Shown here one piece after another: positions 30,583-38,978 of a stretch of 64,000 bases of DNA. Where the stretch lies: contig JACPZE010000002.1 in the NCBI GenBank assembly GCA_016195685.1, positions 4,177 to 68,176 of the forward strand. The letters are read 5' to 3'. The DNA is from Candidatus Gottesmanbacteria bacterium. Lineage in GTDB: Bacteria > Patescibacteriota > Microgenomatia > 2-02-FULL-39-11. The position numbers were made by a program, and so were the translations under genes. Numbering within the stretch: the stretch's first letter is position 1; the number at the start of each line of letters is the position of its first letter. The notes beneath the pieces were generated by a model that had not been told where the DNA came from, did no database searches, and saw nothing but the letters and a program-made list of their open reading frames with translations.

Positions 30583-31921
30583 CCATTTGTCTTAACTCAT
30601 TGTCAACTAAAGATAATTTTTCGTCAAGGATTTCTTGGGTATCGGCTTCAAGATTCAGTCGAACCATAGGCTCGGTATTGGATGTTCTTAAGCTAAACCA
30701 CCATTTAGGATACCATACAGATAGCCCATCGATAAAATCTGTATTGGAATCTTGAAATTGTTTTTCAATTGCTTCTATGACTTTTTGCCCATCCGAAACA
30801 TTGTAATTTATTTCTCCGCTAGAAAAGTATTTGTCGAAGTTTTTAGTTATTTCAGAGAGTGGTTTATTTTGTTTTGAGATATATTCAAGTAGCAAAAGAC
30901 CCGCAACTGTAGAACTATCAGCAAAAAAATTCTCACGGAAGTAAAAATGCCCTGAATGTTCACCGGCAAACAGTGCATTTTCTTTTTTCATCTGTTCTTT
31001 GATGTATGAATGCCCGACTCGTACCCGGATAGGAATACCTTTGAATAATTTAACAGTTTCTGGCACTATTTTGCCACATACGGCGTTGTAAAGGATTGTA
31101 GAAGGGCCGCTTTCTTGCAATAAATATTGGGATAGCATCGCAGTGGCTATTGTACCCGATACGGAAATTCCGTGTTCATCCAGAACAAAAATGCGATCTG
31201 CATCTCCATCAATTGCAAACCCGAGGTCTGCTTTGTGTTTTTTTATTTCATGTTGAAGATCTATAACATTTTCTGGCTTCAAAGGATCGGGAAGGTGATG
31301 GGGAAAATGTCCATCGGGTTTAAAATATAAGGGTATAATATCTAGTGGTAATTTTTTTTTAAGTTTTTCCCAAGATAATCCCCCCATTCCATTACCGGCG
31401 TCTATCACAACCTTAAGTTTCCTAAGTTTAGAGATATCTATAAATTTTAAAACATGGTTAATCCAGTCATCTGTTACATTGAGATTGCTGATTTGCCCTT
31501 TTCTTACAGGACTTGTAAATTTATTCGCTTTTGCCAGTTTCTTTATTTCAGGCAAACCAAAATCACCATTTAAAGGAATAACACCTTTTGTGACAATTTT
31601 AAGTCCGTTATATTCTGCTGGATTATGAGAAGCACTGATAATGGCATTAGCTGTGAAGCCATATTTGCCAGATGCAAAATAATTAATTTCTGTTGAAGTA
31701 AGTCCTAGACTAACAACATCCAGTCCCTGATCCGCAATTCCGGATGTAAAAGCTTTGAAAAGTGTCGGGGATGAAAGTCGAGTATCATATCCGACGGCGA
31801 TATCGCCTGCTTTTAAATAAGTAGCTAAAGCCCGTCCTAATATATAATATGTATCTTCGTTTAGTTGAGTAGGGTATATGCCGCGTATATCGTATTGATG
31901 AAATATCAAATCCCAATTCAT
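30563..31921 (-). CDS. Phosphomannomutase/phosphoglucomutase
   Basis: YDIRG, SASHNP, DGDADR, GEHSGH, RTSNTEP. Confidence 0.94.
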   Translation of the reverse strand: MNWDLIFHQYDIRGIYPTQLNEDTYYILGRALATYLKAGDIAVGYDTRLSSPTLFKAFTSGIADQGLDVVSLGLTSTEINYFASGKYGFTANAIISASHNPAEYNGLKIVTKGVIPLNGDFGLPEIKKLAKANKFTSPVRKGQISNLNVTDDWINHVLKFIDISKLRKLKVVIDAGNGMGGLSWEKLKKKLPLDIIPLYFKPDGHFPHHLPDPLKPENVIDLQHEIKKHKADLGFAIDGDADRIFVLDEHGISVSGTIATAMLSQYLLQESGPSTILYNAVCGKIVPETVKLFKGIPIRVRVGHSYIKEQMKKENALFAGEHSGHFYFRENFFADSSTVAGLLLLEYISKQNKPLSEITKNFDKYFSSGEINYNVSDGQKVIEAIEKQFQDSNTDFIDGLSVWYPKWWFSLRTSNTEPMVRLNLEADTQEILDEKLSLVDNELRQMGAHRNE

Positions 31922-31924
31922 AGT

Positions 31925-32626
31925 TTAAAATTCATAGTATAAGGATACAAAAAAAATATCAAGTAGCTGTCTGAGAGTGTAGGGGGATAATCCCATTTTA
32001 ACTTTTAAGTCGAGAGACAGAAGTTGGCGGTAAGAGAGAATCAGACTTGGTAAGGTAAAAAACCTTGCTTGTTTTATAAATTTGTAAGATTGCCAGGATG
32101 GCATACCACTAAACCCGCTTTCTCCTAGATCGGACGCAATTATAAGGTTCCTCCACTGTCTGATAAGCATGGAAATAATAAATTCAGGATCCCTATTGTC
32201 TGTAATCTGATGATACATACTCAGAACCTGAGGAACTGATTTATCGCCTATTGAGTCCAGGAATTTGAACAAGATCGCCGGAATCTGACATAATATCGTT
32301 TTTGCCTGAGCAAAATATTTTTTTAAAATAGTTTTACTTATTTCTTTTTGCTCGATTATAACAACCTCACACGAAGTCTTTTTCTCTGTTAAGAAACTTA
32401 GTATTTTATCTTTTTTATCAGCATCAGCACCTTCGATGAGATTTTCGATTATTACTAATTTTTGTGAAGCAAACAAGGATAAAGAGTCAGTTGCGATAAC
32501 TACGTCCGTTAATGTGCTGGTTGTGCCTCGTAAATAGACTTTTTCATAATCCGGATAGCGAGTTTTTATATCTTCAAGGACTTTCGTGGAAGATACTATA
32601 TCATCACCATGAATGAGTGTAAGCAT
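31925..32626 (-). CDS. holA: DNA polymerase III delta subunit (short HolA-like)
   Basis: LIHGDD start, SLFASQKLVIIE, IFKFLD, LLSLDLKVKMG. Confidence 0.75.
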   Translation of the reverse strand: MLTLIHGDDIVSSTKVLEDIKTRYPDYEKVYLRGTTSTLTDVVIATDSLSLFASQKLVIIENLIEGADADKKDKILSFLTEKKTSCEVVIIEQKEISKTILKKYFAQAKTILCQIPAILFKFLDSIGDKSVPQVLSMYHQITDNRDPEFIISMLIRQWRNLIIASDLGESGFSGMPSWQSYKFIKQARFFTLPSLILSYRQLLSLDLKVKMGLSPYTLRQLLDIFFVSLYYEF

Positions 32627-32689
32627 ATAATTAGTGTGAGTTATAGCTAATAGATACTATTTTTTCAATCTCTAATAATTCTTTACTCA

Positions 32690-33067
32690 TTATAAAAGAT
32701 TGAACAGTTTTTTAAATAATTGCTCTACATTACGACTGTCTATTCTTCGACCGCGGCCACGGTGTGGTAATAAGCTGCCGGAAAAATTTTTCGGGATGTG
32801 CATAAGCTCATGGATTAGAACCCTCTTTTTATCATCAGTTGAAAGGTGATCAAAATGCAAAGATAAGACCTCAATTACGTAATGGGGAGGTAATTTTAGA
32901 GCAAGTTGCCATACTTTTGGGAAACTCCAAATGCGTGCTCTGGCCCGTGAAGATGAACCAAACGATCTAAAACAAATTATACGCTTAGGATCGATATAAG
33001 AAAAATCCAGTTTTTGGCACAGATTTTTAACTTCACTATCTATATCAGGTGCTTTTTGCCAATTCAT
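32690..33067 (-). CDS. Putative small zinc metallopeptidase
   Basis: ARIW and VLIHELMHIP (HEXXH); TTGACA-17-TAAGCT promoter at 33107-33079. Confidence 0.75.
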   Translation of the reverse strand: MNWQKAPDIDSEVKNLCQKLDFSYIDPKRIICFRSFGSSSRARARIWSFPKVWQLALKLPPHYVIEVLSLHFDHLSTDDKKRVLIHELMHIPKNFSGSLLPHRGRGRRIDSRNVEQLFKKLFNLL

Positions 33068-33147
33068 GATTTCTAAAAAGCTTAAGGTTTCAGATGTAAT
33101 TTGTCAATTGTGAAAAAGCAAAATAAATGCTAAAATTAGACACTTTC

Positions 33148-33999
33148 ATGAGTACATCGGTTATTAAACAGCTTCCCAAATCTACGGTTGAAATTGAGAT
33201 TAAAATCCCATGGGTGGACATATCAGACACTTACGAAAAAATTTTCATTCGGGTCATAAATGAGTTTGAATTTGAAGGTTTCCGGAAAGGAAAAGTTCCG
33301 CGGAAAATTGTTGAAGAACACGTTGATCGTAGTAAAGTCTATCAGGAAGTAATTAAAGAAATTGTCCCAAAGGCATATCAAGAAGCCGTAATGCTGCATA
33401 AATTAGCTCCGGTTATATCTCCCAAAGTAGAAGTAATTAAAGCAAAAGAAAAAGAGGAATGGCAAATAAAGGCTACAGTTGCTCAAAAGCCAAAAATTGA
33501 TCTTAAAAACTATAAAGAAAAAATCCGGTCATTCAAAAAAAGTAAACCTCACATTTGGACTCCTAATCAGAAGACCTCCGAGAATAAAGAAGACAAAAAA
33601 CCATCACTTGATGAATTGATGAAAATTATTATTGAGGAAGCAGACATAGAAATCTCAGACCTATTAATTTTGGAAGAATCAAATCGTCTACTTGCCTCGT
33701 TGGTTGATCAAACCCAAAAATTAGGACTTACGGTGGAACAATATCTTGTGGCAAAGGGTAAAACTACTGATCAAATAAGAGCTGAATATGCAACCGAGGC
33801 TGCCAAAAACCTCAAGCTTGAATTTGCCTTGGCTGAAATTGCTGATTTAGAAAATATCACTGTAACTCAAGAAGATCTGGACAAAATTCTTGCGAAAGTA
33901 GAAAAACCAGAAGAGAAAGAAAGACTAAAAAAGGATAGCTATTATTTAGCCCACCTTCTACGCCAACAAAAAACCCTCGATTTCCTTTATAACCTATAA
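33148..33999 (+). CDS. tig: Trigger factor lacking the FKBP/PPIase domain
   Basis: GFRKGKVP ribosome-binding motif joined directly to the C-terminal chaperone domain; about 283 aa. Confidence 0.88.
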   Translation: MSTSVIKQLPKSTVEIEIKIPWVDISDTYEKIFIRVINEFEFEGFRKGKVPRKIVEEHVDRSKVYQEVIKEIVPKAYQEAVMLHKLAPVISPKVEVIKAKEKEEWQIKATVAQKPKIDLKNYKEKIRSFKKSKPHIWTPNQKTSENKEDKKPSLDELMKIIIEEADIEISDLLILEESNRLLASLVDQTQKLGLTVEQYLVAKGKTTDQIRAEYATEAAKNLKLEFALAEIADLENITVTQEDLDKILAKVEKPEEKERLKKDSYYLAHLLRQQKTLDFLYNL

Positions 34000-34043
34000 T
34001 TTTTCTTGACTTTAGCTATAAAATATGTTATATATCGCACAAT

Positions 34044-34628
34044 ATGTCAGATAAATCAGGAAAACCTGCAAAAATAAGTCCTTGGGGGAATGATAATCCT
34101 GAAAAACTCAAACGTACTCCAACAAAAAGTATCGGATGGGGACAGCAATTAAAAGGTTTATTTAACCCTGATGCGATTATCAATCAATTTAATGGTGAAT
34201 CTGCTTCTGATGAAGCAAATAAACCGCAAAATAAAGAACGTAAAGCTCGTGGAAATGAGATTTTGGTTTTTTCAAGAACTGTAAAAGAAGAAGAGCGCAA
34301 AATATATCAGGAAACTTCAATTATTTTACAAAAGCTGAAAGAACAAGTCACTGTTTTGGAGAAATCCAATAGAGGTCTTGTCACCGAAATGGCCAAGATA
34401 AAAGTAGAGCAGGCTCCCCAAAAAAACGGTATTTATTATATCCGCTATCTAGAATGGTTGCTCGTTGTTGTTCGCCAAATGAGGATCAAAGTGGAGGAAG
34501 GTCGTGCCTGGCTGGAAACTTTTACGAAAAGGAAATCAAAAAAACTAGGTTACTGGAAAATGTATAAGAAACACGGTACTACTTTTGGCCTTTCACAAGA
34601 ACGTTCTCTTTCCACACAAACCGGATAA
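34044..34628 (+). CDS. Hypothetical protein, resembles CPR DUF5660-type proteins
   Basis: Coiled coil, GIYYIRYLEW, GYWKMYKKHGTTFGLSQER; family recalled from memory, not searched. Confidence 0.55.
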   Translation: MSDKSGKPAKISPWGNDNPEKLKRTPTKSIGWGQQLKGLFNPDAIINQFNGESASDEANKPQNKERKARGNEILVFSRTVKEEERKIYQETSIILQKLKEQVTVLEKSNRGLVTEMAKIKVEQAPQKNGIYYIRYLEWLLVVVRQMRIKVEEGRAWLETFTKRKSKKLGYWKMYKKHGTTFGLSQERSLSTQTG

Positions 34629-34687
34629 TTTATTTCTTCCTCAGTTTGTATTGTCTTATCCTAGTCAACTTTGTATAATACACCTAC

Positions 34688-34759
34688 GCGCGCGTAGCTC
34701 AGCGGTAGAGCGTTTCGTTGACATCGAAAAGGCCCTTGGTTCAAATCCATGCGCGCGCA
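34688..34759 (+). tRNA. tRNA-Val (GAC), CCA not encoded
   Basis: Acceptor GCGCGCG/CGCGCGC, anticodon arm TTTCG-TTGACAT-CGAAA, T loop TTCAAAT; promoter TTGTCT-17-TATAAT at 34651-34679. Confidence 0.94.
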
Positions 34760-34765
34760 CACTAT

Positions 34766-34793
34766 TTGACAGTGTATCAAAGTATGTTATCAT
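34766..34793 (+). promoter_or_regulatory. Promoter for the thrS leader
   Basis: TTGACA-16 bp-TATCAT with extended -10 TG. Confidence 0.65.
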
Positions 34794-34815
34794 TAAATAA
34801 ATATATTTCAACGCT

Positions 34816-34936
34816 TGCATGAGACTTCACCAACCTCAAAGCTGAATGCATCTATTGCAAAATATAGAAAATTAAGACCACCAAAGTTGGATGGGACCTT
34901 CGCCAGCTGGCGAATCCAACAGAAGGTGGATTTTTT
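34816..34936 (+). ncRNA. T-box-like riboswitch upstream of thrS
   Basis: Antiterminator GTTGGA-[TGGGACC]-TTCGCC-AGCT-GGCGAA-TCCAAC; overlapping terminator AATCCAAC-AGAA-GGTGGATT-TTTT; short 5' hairpin with ACC codons in its loop. Confidence 0.72.
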
Positions 34937-34942
34937 GTACAT

Positions 34943-36700
34943 ATGAGTAAAAATGATAGTGAATATTTAAATAATCTACGCCATTCCTGTGCGCATCTTC
35001 TAGCTAAAGCTGTAAAAGACTTATGGCCGGGTACGCATAACGCCATAGGACCAGCTATCGAAAATGGCTTTTACCAAGATTTTGATTTTGGAGATAGAAA
35101 AATTTCAGATGCGGATTTACCCGAAATTGAGGAAAAAATGAGGATAATACTTAAAACTTGGGAACATTTTGACTATAAAGAAGTTACCCTTAAAGATGCA
35201 AAGAAACTTTTCTCCGACAACCCTTACAAGCTGGAATTAGCAGAAGAATTTGCGAAAGGAGGAAAAAAACTATTGACGAATAACCCTGGAAACTTTCTTG
35301 ACCTTTGCAAAATGACCCATGTGGAAAACCCCAAAAAAGAAATGCAACATTTTAAACTACTCAAACTTGCTGGAGCGTATTGGCGGGGAAATGAAAAAAA
35401 CAAAATGCTTACTCGAATATATGGAACCTGTTTTCCCGCAAAAGAAGAGTTAGATAAATATCTTTGGCAACAGGAAGAAGCAAAAAAAAGAGACCATAAA
35501 AAATTGGGGAAAGAATTAAGTTTGTTTATTTTCTCAAATAGTGTAGGTCCAGGACTTCCTCTTTTTATGCCCAAAGGTATGATAATTCGACGAGTTATCG
35601 AAAACTACTTAGTTAAACTGAAGGAATCTTATGGTCATCATTTCGTTTGGACTCCTCATATTGCTCGCAGTGAGCTTTATAAGCAAAGTAAACATTGGCA
35701 AAAATACGAAGCAATGATGCCTCCTCTTAAACTTGAGGATGAAGAATACACCCTCAAACCGATGAATTGTCCACATCATTTTCAAATTTACTTGGCAAAT
35801 CCGCGCAGTTATCGGGATTTACCCCTGCGGCTTGCAGAAAATACAACTGTGTACCGTTATGAAAAAAGTGGCGTCATAAATGGGCTATTTAGAGTCCGCT
35901 CTGTTACACAAGATGACAGTCATTGGTTTATACCTCATAATCTAATTCCATCAGAAATAGATCATGCAATCAAATTGACAAAACAAATTTATGAAGATTT
36001 TGGCCTTAGCAAGTTCCACGCTAGAATTTCAATAAGGGATAAAAAAAATCCTGATAAATATTTAGGCGAGCTAAAAGTTTGGGAAAGTGCCGAAAAGGAA
36101 TTAGCAAAAGCAGTATCAGAGAAAAATATCCCTTACTCGTTAGGTGAAGGAGAGGCAGCTTTTTATGGGCCCAAAATAGATTTCATGGTTGAAGATAGTT
36201 TAGGAAGAGAATGGCAACTTACTACAATTCAACTAGATTTTAATCAGCCTGAAAATTTTGATTTAACTTACACAGATGAAAAAGGTGAGAAAAAAAGACC
36301 GGCCGTACTTCATATAGCAATTCTAGGTTCAATTGAAAGATTCTTAGGCATTTTGATTGAACATTACGGAGGTGCGTTTCCTACTTGGTTAGCACCAGTT
36401 CAAGCTATAGTCTTACCAATTTCTGATAAACACAAAGATTATGCTCATAGAATTTATAACCAGCTAACTGAAGTAAATCTAAGAATAGAAGAGGATAACC
36501 GAAATGAAACTCTGGGTTCAAAGATTAGAACCGCAGAGCTTCAAAAGATTCCATATGTTATCATTGTTGGCGATAAAGAAATTAAAGAAAGTACTATTTC
36601 AACCCGTAGGAGACATGAGAAGCAGGATTTAGGACAGATGCGAATTAAAAATTTCATTTTTATGATTCAAAAAGCTATTGATAACAAGACAAATAATTGA
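34943..36700 (+). CDS. thrS: Threonine--tRNA ligase (no N-terminal TGS domain)
   Basis: RHSCAH, RIYG, RDHKKLGKE, LKPMNCP, GEAAFYGPKID. Confidence 0.98.
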   Translation: MSKNDSEYLNNLRHSCAHLLAKAVKDLWPGTHNAIGPAIENGFYQDFDFGDRKISDADLPEIEEKMRIILKTWEHFDYKEVTLKDAKKLFSDNPYKLELAEEFAKGGKKLLTNNPGNFLDLCKMTHVENPKKEMQHFKLLKLAGAYWRGNEKNKMLTRIYGTCFPAKEELDKYLWQQEEAKKRDHKKLGKELSLFIFSNSVGPGLPLFMPKGMIIRRVIENYLVKLKESYGHHFVWTPHIARSELYKQSKHWQKYEAMMPPLKLEDEEYTLKPMNCPHHFQIYLANPRSYRDLPLRLAENTTVYRYEKSGVINGLFRVRSVTQDDSHWFIPHNLIPSEIDHAIKLTKQIYEDFGLSKFHARISIRDKKNPDKYLGELKVWESAEKELAKAVSEKNIPYSLGEGEAAFYGPKIDFMVEDSLGREWQLTTIQLDFNQPENFDLTYTDEKGEKKRPAVLHIAILGSIERFLGILIEHYGGAFPTWLAPVQAIVLPISDKHKDYAHRIYNQLTEVNLRIEEDNRNETLGSKIRTAELQKIPYVIIVGDKEIKESTISTRRRHEKQDLGQMRIKNFIFMIQKAIDNKTNN

Positions 36701-36738
36701 TATAATCTGATACAACAGTAAAATAAATTAATAATCGA

Positions 36739-37293
36739 TTGAGAAAATTCACTAAGTTTTATCGTTTAAATTATCAAATAACATCACCACAAATCAGGCT
36801 ATTGGATGAAAATGGTGCTCAAATTGGTGTTTTAGACAAACTGGAAGCGCTAAAAAGAGCTCAAACTGAACAAAAAGATTTGGTGGAAATCGCTCCGAAT
36901 GCAAAACCACCCGTTGTTAAACTGATAGATTTTAAGAAATTTAAGTATTTAGAGGCTAAGAAGGAAAGAGAAGGTAGGAAAAATATAAAGCACGTAGGGA
37001 TGAAAGAAATCAGGCTTTCACCTTTCATGGGAGATCATGATTTTAGGACTCGGGTAGGACAAGGAATGGAATTTCTCAAAGGCGGCAATCAGTTGAAAAT
37101 TTCATTACCATTCAGAGGTAGGGAAATTACTCATAAGGAATTTGGTATGGCGATGATACAAAAAGCTATAAGCGAATTGTCTAGTACGTCAAAAGTTGTC
37201 AGGTCACCTTATCTCGAAGGTAAAGTATTGGTAGCGCAATTGGCTCCGGCTAAAGTTGTACCTAAAAAAGAAAATGAGCAAGCAAAAAACTAA
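36739..37293 (+). CDS. infC: Translation initiation factor IF-3 (non-AUG start)
   Basis: DLVEIAPNAKPPV, KEIRL, FRGRE; start TTG 36739 or in-frame ATT 36727; own promoter TTGATA-17-TATAAT at 36678-36706. Confidence 0.96.
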   Translation: MRKFTKFYRLNYQITSPQIRLLDENGAQIGVLDKLEALKRAQTEQKDLVEIAPNAKPPVVKLIDFKKFKYLEAKKEREGRKNIKHVGMKEIRLSPFMGDHDFRTRVGQGMEFLKGGNQLKISLPFRGREITHKEFGMAMIQKAISELSSTSKVVRSPYLEGKVLVAQLAPAKVVPKKENEQAKN

Positions 37294-37462
37294 AAAATCG
37301 ATTCTGAAAAGGTTTAAAGTAACGTCATCTGGGAAGTTATTTCGAAGTCATCCAGGCTCCAGGCACCGACGTGCGCATAAAACAAACCGAAGAATTCGTC
37401 ATTTTTCCAAGCCTGTAGAGATTACAAAAAAACAAGCAAAAATCGTTAAAGCACTTATATGA
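37274..37462 (+). CDS. rpmI: 50S ribosomal protein bL35
   Basis: KTKKSILKRFKVTSSGK; between infC and rplT. Confidence 0.92.
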   Translation: MSKQKTKKSILKRFKVTSSGKLFRSHPGSRHRRAHKTNRRIRHFSKPVEITKKQAKIVKALI

Positions 37463-37806
37463 GAATAAAACGAGGAACAGTCAGCCATCGAAAACATAAA
37501 AAACTTCTGAAGATAACTTCCGGATACCGGATGTCAAAGCATCGCTTGGTAAAAGTTGCTAAAGAAGCATTTCTTCATGCTGGCCAATACGCTTATCAAG
37601 GGAGAAGGCAAAAAAAATCTAACTTTAGAAGGCTTTGGATTAGCCGAATTTCTTCTGCAGTCCGCACGAGAGGTTTAACTTACAGTCAATTTTCAGCACA
37701 GCTTAAAAAAGCTCAAATACAACTGGATCGAAAAGTATTGGCTAACTTAATTGTCACCGATGGAGAAGCATTTCGGCAAATCGTTGACAAAGTCAAAAAT
37801 ATTTGA
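37459..37806 (+). CDS. rplT: 50S ribosomal protein bL20
   Basis: MRIKRG, YAYQGRRQKK, FRRLWISRI, LDRKVLA. Confidence 0.97.
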   Translation: MRIKRGTVSHRKHKKLLKITSGYRMSKHRLVKVAKEAFLHAGQYAYQGRRQKKSNFRRLWISRISSAVRTRGLTYSQFSAQLKKAQIQLDRKVLANLIVTDGEAFRQIVDKVKNI

Positions 37807-37812
37807 TAAATT
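37784..37812 (+). promoter_or_regulatory. Promoter for the aro-pheST leader, overlapping the rplT 3' end
   Basis: TTGACA-17 bp-TAAATT with extended -10 TG. Confidence 0.65.
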
Positions 37813-37826
37813 ACCAATATAGCTGT

Positions 37827-37898
37827 ATGAAACTCCATTTAGTCAATTGGTTTTATTTTTATTTTAACCCGCAAGCGGGGAGTGGTTTTGTTGTGTAA
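37827..37898 (+). CDS. Attenuator leader peptide MKLHLVNWFYFYFNPQAGSGFVV
   Basis: Six consecutive aromatic codons TGG TTT TAT TTT TAT TTT directly before alternative hairpins and an aromatic amino-acid operon. Confidence 0.88.
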   Translation: MKLHLVNWFYFYFNPQAGSGFVV

Positions 37899-37924
37899 CT
37901 AAGAAATCAAACAAAATAAATACC

Positions 37925-37950
37925 AAATCCCGCAAAAGCGGGATTTTTTT
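37925..37950 (+). terminator. Attenuator terminator
   Basis: AAATCCCGC-AAAA-GCGGGATTT ending in a 7-T run, 13 nt before the aroF ATG. Confidence 0.9.
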
Positions 37951-37963
37951 ATTGGAGTAATTT

Positions 37964-38977
37964 ATGATAATTATACTTAAATCAAATTTGACTCTGGCAA
38001 AAGAAGAAGAAATAAGAAAGTTTTTGGCCAAAAAGCAAGTCGAGGTTATTCCCGTCAAAAGATCGGATAAAACATTACTGGTGGTCGTTGGCCGTTTTGC
38101 CGAACTTACCAAGCGGGAAGTGGCTTTACATGAATATGTAGACACTATTGTTGAGATTGACAGACCATATAAATTAGCAAGCAAATCTTTTAAAAATATA
38201 AACTCGGAGATAAAAATTAACGGAACCACAATTATAGGGGGAAAAGAGATAGTTATCATGGCCGGTCCATGTTCTGTAGAAACTAAAGATCAAATCAGAG
38301 AGATTGCTAAGGAAGTAAAAGGTGCCGGATGCCAGATACTACGAGGTGGCGCTTTTAAGCCCAGAACCGGTCCGTATGATTTTCAAGGTTTGGGAAAAAT
38401 TGGTCTTCACTTTTTAAAAGGTGCAGCAAAAGAAAATAAACTCGCTGTTATCACAGAGGTATTAGACGTTCGGGAAGTTGAGCTCATCGAGAAATATACC
38501 GATATTTTTCAAGTGGGTACAAGAAATATGCAAAATTATCCTCTTCTTTCAGAACTAGGTAAAAGCCATAAGCCTGTTTTACTTAAGCGTGGTATGTCGG
38601 CAACGTACAAAGAATTATTATTGGCTGCCGAATATATACTTTTGGGTGGAAATGAAAAGGTTATACTTTGTGAAAGAGGGATAAGAACTCATGTCCCGGA
38701 AACCCGGTTTACTTTGGATTTAAATGCAGTACCTTATCTTAAACATGAGACTCATCTTCCGGTCGTAGTTGATCCCAGTCACGGTACCGGCAGAGCAAAT
38801 CTAGTACGTGCCATGAGCAGGGCAGCTATTGCCGCAGGCGCAGATGGACTTCTCATAGAGGCACATCTGGACCCGCGTAAATCTATTTCCGATGCCGATC
38901 AGGCTATTTCGACTCAAGAATTAAAAAAATTGGTGAAGGAGGTTAAAAGGATTGCTGTTGCCGTCGACCGAAAATAA
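37964..38977 (+). CDS. aroF: DAHP synthase type I-beta with N-terminal regulatory domain
   Basis: MAGPCSVE, RGGAFKPRT, GTRNMQN, CERGIR, VDPSHGTG. Confidence 0.95.
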   Translation: MIIILKSNLTLAKEEEIRKFLAKKQVEVIPVKRSDKTLLVVVGRFAELTKREVALHEYVDTIVEIDRPYKLASKSFKNINSEIKINGTTIIGGKEIVIMAGPCSVETKDQIREIAKEVKGAGCQILRGGAFKPRTGPYDFQGLGKIGLHFLKGAAKENKLAVITEVLDVREVELIEKYTDIFQVGTRNMQNYPLLSELGKSHKPVLLKRGMSATYKELLLAAEYILLGGNEKVILCERGIRTHVPETRFTLDLNAVPYLKHETHLPVVVDPSHGTGRANLVRAMSRAAIAAGADGLLIEAHLDPRKSISDADQAISTQELKKLVKEVKRIAVAVDRK

Positions 38978-38978
38978 C

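Noticed and set aside
34819-34875. Two back-to-back micro-ORFs (MRLHQPQS, MHLLQNIEN) in the thrS leader as a peptide attenuator
   Set aside because: Neither has a Thr codon in frame; the T-box-like structure explains the leader better
34899-34914. TTCGCCAGCTGGCGAA as a stand-alone REP palindrome
   Set aside because: It forms the upper helix of the antiterminator exactly after the UGGNACC bulge, though a repeat origin is not excluded
37864-38259. 131-aa minus-strand ORF and the many other antisense ORFs in the track
   Set aside because: Shadows of well-supported genes with no motifs of their own
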